From contig OZ024744.1 in NCBI GenBank assembly GCA_964016885.1, positions 115,754,001 to 115,818,000 of the forward strand: a stretch of DNA of 64,000 nucleotides, read 5' to 3'. The first letter of the stretch is position 1; the number at the start of each line of letters is the position of its first letter. This document shows positions 1-11,394 of the stretch, piece by piece. The translations under genes and the position numbers were made by a program. The notes beneath the pieces are model-generated. The model was given only the letters and a program-made list of their open reading frames with translations. It was not told where the DNA came from and did no database searches. The stretch comes from Eledone cirrhosa (Eukaryota).

Positions 1-3000
1 TGATCAATTCCTTTATCACCCTTAGGATAGAAGACAATATGGACCCCTGATCACCTCATTTATCACCCTTAGGATAGAAGACAATATGGACCCCTAATCA
101 CTTCCTTTATCATCCTTAGGATAGAAGACAATATGGACCCCTGATCACCTCGTTTATCATCCTTAAGATAGAAGACAATATGGACGCCTGATCAATTCCT
201 TTATCATCCTTAGGATAGAAGACAATATGGATCCCTGATCACCTCCTTTATCACCCTTAGGATAGAAGACAATACGGACCCCTGATCATTTCATTTATCA
301 TCCTTAAGATAGAAGACAATATGGACCCCTGATCACCGCCTTTATCACCCTTAGGATAGAAGACAATATGGATCCCTGATCAATTCCTTTATCATCCTTA
401 AGATAGAAGACAATATGGACCCCTGATCACCTCGTTTATCATCCTTAGGATAGAAGACAATATGGACCCCTGACCAATTCCTTTATCATCCTTAAGATAG
501 AAGACAATATGGATCCCTGATCAATTCCTTTATCATCCTTAAGATAGAAGACAATATGGACCCCTGATCACCTCCTTTATCACCCTTAAGAAAGAAGACA
601 ATATGGACCCCTGATCAATTCCTTTATCATCCTTAAGATAGAAGACAATATGGACCCCTGATCAATTCCTTTATCATACTTAGGATAGAAGACAATATGG
701 ACCCCTGATCACCTCCTTTAACACCCTTAAGAAAGAAGACAATATGGACCCCTGATCAATTCCTTTAACATCCTTAAGATAGAAGACAATATGGACCCCT
801 GATCAATTCCTTTATCATCCTTAGGATAGAAGACAATATGGACTCCTGGTCACCTCCTTTATCACCCTTAGGATAGAAGACAATATGGACCCCTGATCAC
901 TTCTTTTATCATCCTTAAGATAGAAGACAATATGGACCCCTGATCACCTCGTTTATCATCCTTAAGATAGAAGACAATATGGACCCCTGATCACCTCCTT
1001 TATCACCCTTAAGATAGAAGACAATATGGACCCCTGATCACCTCATTTATCATCCTTAAGATAGAAGACAATATGGACCCCTGATCAATTCCTTTATCAC
1101 CCTTAAGAAAGAAGACAATATGAACCCCTGATCAATTCCTTTATCACCCTTAAGATAGAAGACAATATGGACCCCTGATCACTTCCTTTATCACCCTTAG
1201 GATAGAAGACAATATGGACCCCTGACTAATTCCTTTATCATCCTTAAGATAGAAGACAATATGGATCCCTGATCAATTCCTTTATCATCCTTAAGATAGA
1301 AGACAATATGGACCCCTGATCACCTCCTTTATCACCCTTAAGAAAGAAGACAATATGGACCCCTGATCAATTCCTTTATCATCCTTAAGATAGAAGACAA
1401 TATGGACCCCTGATCAATTCCTTTATCATCCTTAGGATATAAGACAATATGGACCCCTAATCAATTCCTTTATCATCCTTAGGATAGAAGACAATATGGA
1501 CCCCTGATCAATTCCTTTATCACCCTTAGGATAGAAGACAATATGGACCCCTGAACACCTCATTTATCACCCTTAGGATAGAAGACAATATGGACCCCTG
1601 ATCAATTCCTTTATCATACTTAGGATAGAAGATAATATGGACCCCTGATCAATTCCTTTATCATCCTTAGGATAGAAGACAATATGGACCCCTAATCACT
1701 TCCTTTATCATCCTTAGGATAGAAGACAATATGGACCCCTGATCACCTCGTTTATCATCCTTAAGATAGAAGACAATATGGACGCCTGATCAATTCCTTT
1801 ATCATCCTTAGGATAGAAGACAATATGGATCCCTGATCACCTCCTTTATCACCCTTAGGATAGAAGACAATATGGACCCCTGATCACCTCATTTATCATC
1901 CTTAAGATAGAAGACAATATGGACCCCTGATCACCGCCTTTATCACCCTTAGGATAGAAGACAATATGGATCCCTGATCAATTCCTTTATCATCCTTAAG
2001 ATAGAAGACAATATGGACCCCTGATCACCTTCTTTATCACCCTTAAGAAAGAAGACAATATGGACCCCTGATCAATTCCTTTATCATCCTTAGGATATAA
2101 GACAATATGGACCCCTAATCAATTCCTTTATCATCCTTAGGATAGAAGACAATATGGACCCCTGATCAATTACTTTATCACCCTTAGGAGAGAAGACAAT
2201 ATGGACCCCTGATCACCTCATTTATCACCCTTAGGATAGAAGACAATATGGACCCCTAATCACTTCCTTTATCATCCTTAGGATAGAAGACAATATGGAC
2301 CCCTGATCACCTCGTTTATCATCCTTAAGATAGAAGACAATATGGACGCCTGATCAATTCCTTTATCATCCTTAGGATAGAAGACAATATGGATCCCTGA
2401 TCACCTCCTTTATCACCCTTAGGATAGAAGACAATACGGACCCCTGATCATTTCATTTATCATCCTTAAGATAGAAGACAATATGGACCCCTGATCACCG
2501 CCTTTATCACCCTTAGGATAGAAGACAATATGGATCCCTGATCAATTCCTTTATCATCCTTAAGATAGAAGACAATATGGACCCCTGATCACCTCGTTTA
2601 TCATCCTTAAGATAGAAGACAATATGGACGCCTGATCAATTCCTTTATCATCCTTAAGATAGAAGACAATATGGACCCCTGATCAATTCCTTTATCATAC
2701 TTAGGATAGAAGACAATATGGACCCCTGATCACCTCCTTTAACACCCTTAAGAAAGAAGACAATATGGACCCCTGATCAATTCCTTTAACATCCTTAAGA
2801 TAGAAGACAATATGGACCCCTGATCAATTCCTTTATCATCCTTAGGATAGAAGACAATATGGACTCCTGGTCACCTCCTTTATCACCCTTAGGATAGAAG
2901 ACAATATGGACCCCTGATCACTTCTTTTATCATCCTTAAGATAGAAGACAATATGGACCCCTGATCACCTCGTTTATCATCCTTAAGATAGAAGACAATA

Positions 3001-6000
3001 TGGACCCCTGATCACCTCCTTTATCACCCTTAAGATAGAAGACAATATGGACCCCTGATCACCTCATTTATCATCCTTAAGATAGAAGACAATATGGACC
3101 CCTGATCAATTCCTTTATCACCCTTAAGAAAGAAGACAATATGGACCCCTGATCAATTCCTTTATCACCCTTAAGATAGAAGACAATATGGACCCCTGAT
3201 CACTTCCTTTATCACCCTTAAGATAGAAGACAATATGGACCCCTGATCAATTCCTTTATCATCCTTAGGATAGAAGACAATATGGACTCCCGGTCACCTC
3301 CTTTATCACCCTTAGGATAGAAGACAATATGGACCCCTGACCAATTCCTTTATCATCCTTAAGATAGAAGACAATATGGATCCCTGATCAATTCCTTTAT
3401 CATCCTTAAGATAGAAGACAATATGGACCCCTGATCACCTCCTTTATCACCCTTAAGAAAGAAGACAATATGGACCCCTGATCAATTCCTTTATCATCCT
3501 TAAGATAGAAGACAATATGGACCCCTGATCAATTCCTTTATCATCCTTAGGATATAAGACAATATGGACCCCTAATCAATTCCTTTATCATCCTTAGGAT
3601 AGAAGACAATATGGACTCCTGATCAATTCCTTTATCACCCTTAGGATAGAAGACAATATGGACCCCTGAACACCTCATTTATCACCCTTAGGATAGAAGA
3701 CAATATGGACCCCTGATCAATTCCTTTATCATACTTAGGATAGAAGATAATATGGACCCCTGATCAATTCCTTTATCATCCTTAGGATAGAAGACAATAT
3801 GGACCCCTAATCACTTCCTTTATCATCCTTAGGATAGAAGACAATATGGACCCCTGATCACCTCGTTTATCATCCTTAAGATAGAAGACAATATGGACGC
3901 CTGATCAATTCCTTTATCATCCTTAGGATAGAAGACAATATGGATCCCTGATCACCTCCTTTATCACCCTTAGGATAGAAGACAATATGGACCCCTGATC
4001 ACCTCATTTATCATCCTTAAGATAGAAGACAATATGGACCCCTGATCACCGCCTTTATCACCCTTAGGATAGAAGACAATATGGATCCCTGATCAATTCC
4101 TTTATCATCCTTAAGATAGAAGACAATATGGACCCCTGATCACCTTCTTTATCACCCTTAAGAAAGAAGACAATATGGACCCCTGATCAATTCCTTTATC
4201 ATCCTTAGGATATAAGACAATATGGACCCCTAATCAATTCCTTTATCATCCTTAGGATAGAAGACAATATGGACCCCTGATCAATTACTTTATCACCCTT
4301 AGGAGAGAAGACAATATGGACCCCTGATCACCTCATTTATCACCCTTAGGATAGAAGACAATATGGACCCCTAATCACTTCCTTTATCATCCTTAGGATA
4401 GAAGACAATATGGACCCCTGATCACCTCGTTTATCATCCTTAAGATAGAAGACAATATGGACGCCTGATCAATTCCTTTATCATCCTTAGGATAGAAGAC
4501 AATATGGATCCCTGATCACCTCCTTTATCACCCTTAGGATAGAAGACAATATGGACCCCTGATCACCTCATTTATCATCCTTAAGATAGAAGACAATATG
4601 GACCCCTGATCACCGCCTTTATCACCCTTAGGATAGAAGACAATATGGATCCCTGATCAATTCCTTTATCATCCTTAAGATAGAAGACAATATGGACCCC
4701 TGATCACCTCGTTTATCATCCTTAAGATAGAAGACAATATGGACGCCTGATCAATTCCTTTATCATCCTTAAGATAGAAAACAATATGGACCCCTGATCA
4801 ATTCCTTTATCATACTTAGGATAGAAGACAATATGGACCCCTGATCACCTCCTTTAACACCCTTAAGAAAGAAGACAATATGGACCCCTGATCAATTCCT
4901 TTAACATCCTTAAGATAGAAGACAATATGGACCCCTGATCAATTCCTTTATCATCCTTAGGATAGAAGACAATATGGACTCCTGGTCACCTCCTTTATCA
5001 CCCTTAGGATAGAAGACAATATGGACCCCTGATCACTTCTTTTATCATCCTTAAGATAGAAGACAATATGGACCCCTGATCACCTCGTTTATCATCCTTA
5101 AGATAGAAGACAATATGGACCCCTGATCACCTCCTTTATCACCCTTAAGATAGAAGACAATATGGACCCCTGATCACCTCATTTATCATCCTTAAGATAG
5201 AAGACAATATGGACCCCTGATCAATTCCTTTATCACCCTTAAGAAAGAAGACAATATGGACCCCTGATCAATTCCTTTATCACCCTTAAGATAGAAGACA
5301 ATATGGACCCCTGATCACTTCCTTTATCACCCTTAAGATAGAAGACAATATGGACCCCTGATCAATTCCTTTATCATCCTTAGGATAGAAGACAATATGG
5401 GCTCCTGGTCACCTCCTTTATCACCCTTAAGATAGAAGACAATATGGACCCCTGATCACCTCGTTTATCATCCTTAAGATAGAAGACAATATGGACCCCT
5501 GATTACCTCCTTTAACACCCTTAAAAAAGAAGACAATATGGACCCCTGATCAATTCCTTTATCATCCTTAAGATAGAAGACAATATGCACCCCTGATCAA
5601 TTCCTTTATCATCCTTAGGATAGAAGACAATATGGACTCCTGGTCACCTCCTTTATCACCCTTAAGATAGAAGACAATATGGACCCCTGATCACTTCCTT
5701 TATCACCCTTAAGATAGAAGACAATATGGACGCCTGATCAATTCCTTTATCATCCTTAGGATAGAAGACAATATAGACCCCTGATCAATTCCTTTATCAC
5801 CCTTAAGATAGAAGACAATATGGACCCCTGATCAATTCCTTTATCACCCTTAGGATAGAAGACAATATGGACCCCTGTTCACCTCGTTTATCACCCTTAG
5901 GATAGAAGATATTATGGACCCCTGATCAATTCCTTTATCACCCTTAAGATAGAAGACAATATGGACGCCTGATTAATTACTTTATCACCCTTAGGATAGA

Positions 6001-7030
6001 AGATAATATGGACCCCTGATCACTTCCTTTATCACCCTTAAGATATATGACATTATGGACCCCTGATCAATTCCTTTATCACCCTTAAGATAGAAGACAA
6101 TATGGACCCCTGATCACCTCCATTATCACCCTTAAGATAGAAGACAATATGGACCCCTGATCAATTCCTTTATCACCCTTAAGATAGAAGACAATATGGA
6201 CCCCTGATGACCTCCTTTATCACCCTTATGATAGAAGACAATATGGACCCCTGATCACCTCCTTTATCACCCTTAGGATAGAAGACAATATGGACCCCTG
6301 ATCACTTCCTTTATCATCCTTAAGATAGAAGACAATATGGACCCCTGATCAATTCCTTTATAACCCTTAAGATAGAAGACAATATGGACCCCTGATCAAT
6401 TCCTTTATAACCCTTAAGATAGAAGATAATATGGACCCCTGATCACTTCCTTTATCACCCTTAAGATATAAGACATTATGGACCCCTGATCAATTCCTTT
6501 ATCACCCTTAAGATAGAAGACAATATGGACCCCTGATCAATTCCTTTATCACCCTTAATATAGAAGACAATATGGACCCCTGATCACCTCCTTTATCACC
6601 CTTAAGATAGAAGACAATATGGACCCCTGATCACCTCGTTTATCATCCTTAAGATAGAAGACAATATGGACCCCTGATCACTTCCTTTATCACCCTTAAG
6701 ATAGAAGACAATATGGACCCCTGATCACCTCGTTTATCATCCTTAAGATAGAAGACAATATGGACCCCTGATCACCTCGTTTATCACCCTTAAGATAGAA
6801 GACAATATGGACCCCTGATCAATTCCTTTATCACCCTTAGGATAGAAGACAATATGGACCCCTGATCACTTCCTTTATCACCCTTAAGATAGAAGACAAT
6901 ATGGACCCCTGATCACCTCGTTTATCACCCTTAAGATAGAAGACAATATGGACCCCTGATCACCTCCATTATCACCCTTAGGATAGAAGATAATATGGAC
7001 CCCTGATCACCTCCTTTATCATCCTTAAGG
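1..7030. repeat. 47-bp tandem satellite, about 150 copies, runs off the window start
   Basis: The unit TGATCA(ATTC/CCTC)CTTTATCA(C/T)CCTTA(A/G)GATAGAAGACAATATGGACCCC recurs every 47 bp (TGATCA at 1 and 48). The array ends at ATCCTTAAGGAT (7021-7032). Confidence 0.98.
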
Positions 7031-7115
7031 ATCACAAGATAAATCTCCTATATGTGAACTGATTAATTTGTTTAAGAGTGTAATAAACAGAATTAGATAG
7101 AGCCATAAAAATAAT

Positions 7116-7302
7116 TGTTTCTACTTTTGGCACAAGGCCAGCAATTATCCAGTGTATTACTGGTACTTTATTTTATCGACCCCATAAGGATGAAAGGCAA
7201 AGTTAACCTTGGCGGGATTTGAACTCAGAATGGCAAGGGCCGTAACTCTATACGTCAAAGCATGGCGTCCGACCCTCTACCAATACTGCTAATCCACCGC
7301 CC
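7116..7302 (-). mobile_element. tRNA-derived SINE, family A, full length
   Basis: The minus strand reads GGGCGGTGGATTAGCAG..., with B-box-like GAGTTCAAATCCC and body GCCTTTCATCCTTATGGGGTCGATAAAATAAAGTACCAG. It is flanked by the direct repeat ATAAAAATAAT (7105-7115 and 7303-7313). Homologous copies lie at 7834 and 10411. Confidence 0.9.
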
Positions 7303-7833
7303 ATAAAAATAATAAAGACAAGTTTGATAAGACGGGAGAAAAAGGTGAAATAGTGAGTAATACCAAATAGCTAGAAATGTCTAGTTTTGTATTTCTTTTC
7401 ATGTAAAAATGGAAGTCTTTTGTTACTGAAGTCTATAGGGGATTAAATACTAGAGTTTATATTATTGATGACATTTTGACATTTTTTTTTAATTTGTCAA
7501 GATTTTCCCTCCACAAAATAAAACAGTCATCCAAGTATCTTTTCCAATTTTCGTTTATATAATAACTAAAATCATTCCCATAAATTTGTAAGGGTTTTTG
7601 TAGATATTTCATTCATCATATCCCATTACTAAGTTGGCATGGCGGAATCTGATTTTTGTTGCTATGCTGTTTTGTGGAATATGAAATAATTTTCTTCAAT
7701 ATAGTTTGGTAGTTCATAACGGAATGATTTCAACCAGTATTTTATAGCCTTTATTCCGTAATTATTGCTATATAAGTTCACAACATCCAACAAAACAATG
7801 GAGGTGTTTTGGTTTACATTATTTGGTAGATGG

Positions 7834-7957
7834 CCCTTGCCATGCCGAGTTCAAATCCCGCCAAGGTTAACTTTGCCTTTCATCCTTACGGGGTCGATAA
7901 AATAAAGTACCAGTAATGCACTGGGTAATTGCTGGCCTTGTGCCTAACGTAGAAACA
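7834..7957 (+). mobile_element. 5'-truncated SINE family A copy inside the Penelope relic
   Basis: Matches the 3' two-thirds of the 7116-7302 SINE in opposite orientation. It has a perfect 16-bp target-site duplication ATTATTTGGTAGATGG (7818-7833 and 7958-7973). Confidence 0.92.
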
Positions 7958-8432
7958 ATTATTTGGTAGATGGTTGAGTATATCTAGATCTCTTATGAAG
8001 CTCTGAATGTGTTTGAGGAGAGGCTTCGGTATGATGTCTAAGAAGTTACTTAGGCAAAGTGCCTCACAAATCGCCTACTATGATGGGTTTTAATCTTAAG
8101 TCAATTGTAGAGGGTATATTCACACAATTGGTTTTCATCTTTTTTCATTCGTTAGTTTATTCTGGTGTATTTTAGGTAGTCCATAGAGATTAATTACGTC
8201 ACATCTAAAATTGGTGAACTAGTTAAATTCCTCATTGGTTAGACATTTTTGGAATGGGAGTTATAAATCAATGAGTGGTTTCATCATATTATGATGTTTG
8301 TATTTTTCGTCTTCTTCATAGTATGTATTGGCCCCTGATTTGAGTAGTGTTTTGTGTCCATAATGACAACAGTGTCTCCTTTGTTGTTTTCTCTTGTAAC
8401 AATATTTCTATCCAATTTTAGATCATTTAGAT

Positions 8433-8651
8433 CAGGCATGTCAAACATACGGCCTGCTGGCCACATGCAGCCCTTTACAAGCACATCTGGGGCCCACACA
8501 AAGGATTTTATAGCGTGAGCATGCTTTATCTTCATAATATAAAATTTAAAAAATAAGTTTTAATGTGCCCAATTAATTGTCGGGTGTGGCCCTCTGACAA
8601 CATATATGTGACCCATGTGGCCCTTGGGGGACCCTCAGTTTGACATGCCTG
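8433..8651. mobile_element. hAT (Charlie-like) MITE, 219 bp
   Basis: Perfect 14-bp terminal inverted repeats CAGGCATGTCAAAC / GTTTGACATGCCTG. The 8-bp TSD is ATTTAGAT / ATTTAGAG. Confidence 0.9.
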
Positions 8652-8737
8652 ATTTAGAGAGTTCTATTGTTGTCTGGTGAAGTTGAACTTAGTATTCACA
8701 AAATTCTCAAAGGTTGTACCAGTAAGGTGGTATTTCT

Positions 8738-8940
8738 GGTGCCATGAAAATGGCTCCCAGTACATAGTGTAAAGGGGTTGGTGTTTGGAAGAGCAGCAAG
8801 CTATAGATAATGAATCCCAAAATGGAATGCATGAGTAAGACATGGTCACCTGATCTGTCTAGCCTCATAATGTGACCACCTGTCTAACCTATGCAACCAT
8901 AGAAAATAGATGTTAAATAGTGGTGATGATGAAGATGACA
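8738..8940 (+). mobile_element. Old, diverged RTE 3'-UTR or RTE-dependent SINE fragment
   Basis: GGTGCCATGAAAA...GGTTGGTGTTTGGAAGAGCAGCAAGCTATAGA aligns by eye to the SINE B / LINE 3' UTR block. It ends GTCTAACCTATGC...GATGTTAAAT..GTGATGATGAAGATG, like the tail of the LINE at 30869. Confidence 0.65.
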
Positions 8941-9466
8941 CTTATTGGTGAGAATTAGATAGATTGATGTTTATCAGAATAAATGTGTTAACACAACTAA
9001 TTGTTAGATACAATTGAAAAACAAACATTTTGGAGTTTGATGTTTGTTTTTGCTTTTTGATTAATGATTCATCATTGTTTTATTTTCAAAGAATTGTTCC
9101 ACTAGTCCAAGTGTTCAGTAGAAGTCTGAAATATCATCTTTCATTTCCAGTATATTTGGTTTTTGAGGAGTTAGTGTAAATGTTAGTCCTTTACTAAAGA
9201 ATATTTGGTTGGATGTTAACAACTTTTATGATAGATTGATTATTTCTAGTTTCTCATGACTGTAGAACACCCTCTGTCCCTGGCTATTCTGTCTGTGGTA
9301 TCAGCTGATGCTCCAGGTAAGCGTACTTGGTTGTTCCAACACCTTAGCCCTGCCATCACCCACAGTAATGCTACCAGTATGTTGGCTTACCTAAAAAAGT
9401 ATTAGAGGGAGGCTACCAAATCTACTTTTGTAAGTAGTTATTCTTTTATCTCATTGAGAAGCAGTT

Positions 9467-9813
9467 ATCATTCATTTCATCATTTCATTTTTACGTCCGC
9501 TTTTTCCCTGCTTGCAAGGGTGGGACGGGAACTGATTCTGGCTTGATTTCTACAGCTGGATGCCCTTCCTAACACCAACCTCATTTTACAGTGAGTGCTG
9601 GGTGCTTTTTTACCGTGGCACCTGCACGACCACTTTGCAGTGGAATGATATGGACCCCAGTCCCTATCATCTCATTTCTACAGCTGAGTAAACTGGAGCA
9701 ATGTGAAATAAAGTATCTTGCTCAAGGAAACAACACATCACCCGGTCTGAGACTTGAACTCACAACCTTTCGATTGCAAGGCCAATGCTCTAACCACTAA
9801 GCCATGTGCCTCC
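9467..9813 (-). mobile_element. tRNA-derived SINE, family B, full length, with RTE-type tail
   Basis: The minus strand starts GGAGGCACATGGCTTAGTGGTTAGAGC (A box), followed by TTGCAA (Ala-like anticodon loop), GAGTTCAAGTCTC (B box) and CORE-like TCCTTGAGCAAGATACTT. Its 3' end CCCACCCTTGCAAGCAGGGAAAAAGCGGACGTAAAAATGA.. matches the LINE end at 25226-25276. A second copy lies at 30087. Confidence 0.92.
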
Positions 9814-10410
9814 ATTATACTAAAGTTAATTGTAAATCTCATTAAAATAAGCCCTAAAGATAACCTCATTTCTTTATCAATGTCCTTGTGTATTTGTTCA
9901 TTTGTGCTTGTTTATAATTTCATCAACTCGACTTTTTTTCATAACTTTTCGAGAGACCGTTTTTGTTATAATAGTTTTTGTAGTTCTGGTTCCTTGTTGA
10001 TCGGTTTTATCCTACCAATCTCCGTAATATCAATGGAAGGGGGGAACGGGTGATTTATCCAGCGTTCATAAATCTCTGTCTTGTTGTTTTTTAGTATTCC
10101 CAGATTTACGTTTTTATTCCATATATGGCCTCCACAGTATTTCCTAAGAAAAGTAACTCTGGGATTATTTTCACCTGATTCTGTAAGTGCTGGATTATCT
10201 TCCCTTGGTCGTCGTCGCCCCCCCCCCTCCACTAGAAACAACAGGCTGTCCCTCCCCCCACTCTCAAGTTGCTTCATTCTTTTTTCTTTTTCTGCATTTC
10301 ATTTTTTTTTTTTTTTGCTTTTTTTGTTGTTCCCTTTACTAGTGTGTCTTGTTTTTGTATTATCTCATTACCTCGTTAAGCAGTACTTTAATTAAAGAGA
10401 GTATATTTTA

Positions 10411-10593
10411 ATAACAATTGTTTGGCACAAGGCCAGCAATTACCCCAGTATATTACTGGTACTTTATTCTATCAACCCCTTAAGGATGAAAGACAAAGTT
10501 AACCTCGGTGGGATTTGAACTCAGATCATAAAGGGATGTAACTCTATGCTACAAAGCAGGGTGTCCAACGCTTTACCGATACTGCCAATAATG
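10411..10593 (-). mobile_element. SINE family A, diverged copy
   Basis: Colinear with 7116-7302 (GGCACAAGGCCAGCAATTA...ACTGGTACTTTATT...AAGGATGAAAG...GGGATTTGAACTCAGA). Confidence 0.85.
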
Positions 10594-10737
10594 CACAAAA
10601 ATATATGATCAAAGTGAGAGAAAAAGGGAAAAAAAAACATAAATTTACCACCAAGTGCGTCAGTCGGTCACACACCACATCACAAGGGTCAACAGAGATA
10701 TTTGAGGCAAATCAACACACTGGCAGCATTACTGCGG

Positions 10738-10960
10738 ATGATGGTGAGGCTAAGACACTGAAACAGCCAAGTGCCCTCCCCTGGAACATCACCTGATGCC
10801 TCAGTAAGGCTGGGTGATGGTGAGGCTAAGACACTGCAACAGCCAAGTACCCTCACCTGGACCATCACCTGATACCGTAGTAAGGCTGGGTGATGGTGAG
10901 GCTAAGACACTGAAACAACCAAGTACCCTGACCTGGAGCATCACCTGATACCTTGGTAAG
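10738..10960. repeat. 76-bp tandem repeat, about 3 copies
   Basis: GATGGTGAGGCTAAGACACTG starts at 10740, 10816 and 10892. Confidence 0.95.
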
Positions 10961-11394
10961 ATGAGCCACTAATGATGACAAGAATTTTGCTGGGAGTGGC
11001 CTAACTTCACCAAACATATGCTCAGGCTGGAAAAAAATATTCGATAGTTGCCGGTATTTAGCTATGGAAGCAGTGACCCTCATATTTACCACGGCACCCA
11101 TGATGTGGGAGAAAGGAGAAGGGTCACTGACTCATCCCAGATGAGACATCTGCCTCTTTAATTAAATATATTGATTAGCAGGATTGAAATCACAGAATAA
11201 CCATTTTGACTTTAACCTCTTCAGTGACGCAGACGAGATAACTCATCCTAACATGTCCGAACTCTTTTCCAACAGTTCATGACTTCAATGATGGGGTTAC
11301 TAGTTTATTGATGTGGCGTTTGTCAATCATTCAGCTAAATGTTGTTAGTAAATGTTTGTTGAAAAAAATAGTCATTTTACTGAAAATAAACCCT

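Larger units (their letters stand above)
7385..9230 (-). pseudogene. Degenerate Penelope-like retroelement RT, fragmented and interrupted by two SINEs and a MITE
   Basis: Minus-strand motifs occur in the order expected for Penelope RT: SKGLTFT (~9180-9200), KGDTVVIMD (~8360-8385), LYGLPKIH (~8163-8187), LSNFLDII (~8030-8055), LDVVNLYSN (~7765-7792), ANLVMG (~7620-7640), WKRYLDDCF (7520-7546), LPFL (~7405). There are many stops and frameshifts, and no GIY-YIG domain was seen. Boundaries are approximate. Confidence 0.8.

Noticed and set aside
9648-9658. 47-bp satellite derived from SINE B (shared ATATGGACCCC)
   Set aside because: The match is only 11 bp. The other SINE copy reads ATAGGGACCCC, so the match probably arises from a private mutation.
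9966-10395. ORFs of 103-104 aa as host gene exons
   Set aside because: They are low-complexity with homopolymer runs and have no recognisable domain or splice support. The segment may be another retroelement relic that I could not identify.
10738-10960. Satellite-type hammerhead in the 76-bp repeat
   Set aside because: TGATGG...GAAAC lacks the CTGANGA core and convincing stems.
11070-11129. Inverted repeat CAGTGACCCT...AGGGTCACTG as a tiny MITE
   Set aside because: The repeat is only 10 bp, with no TSD and no second copy in the window.
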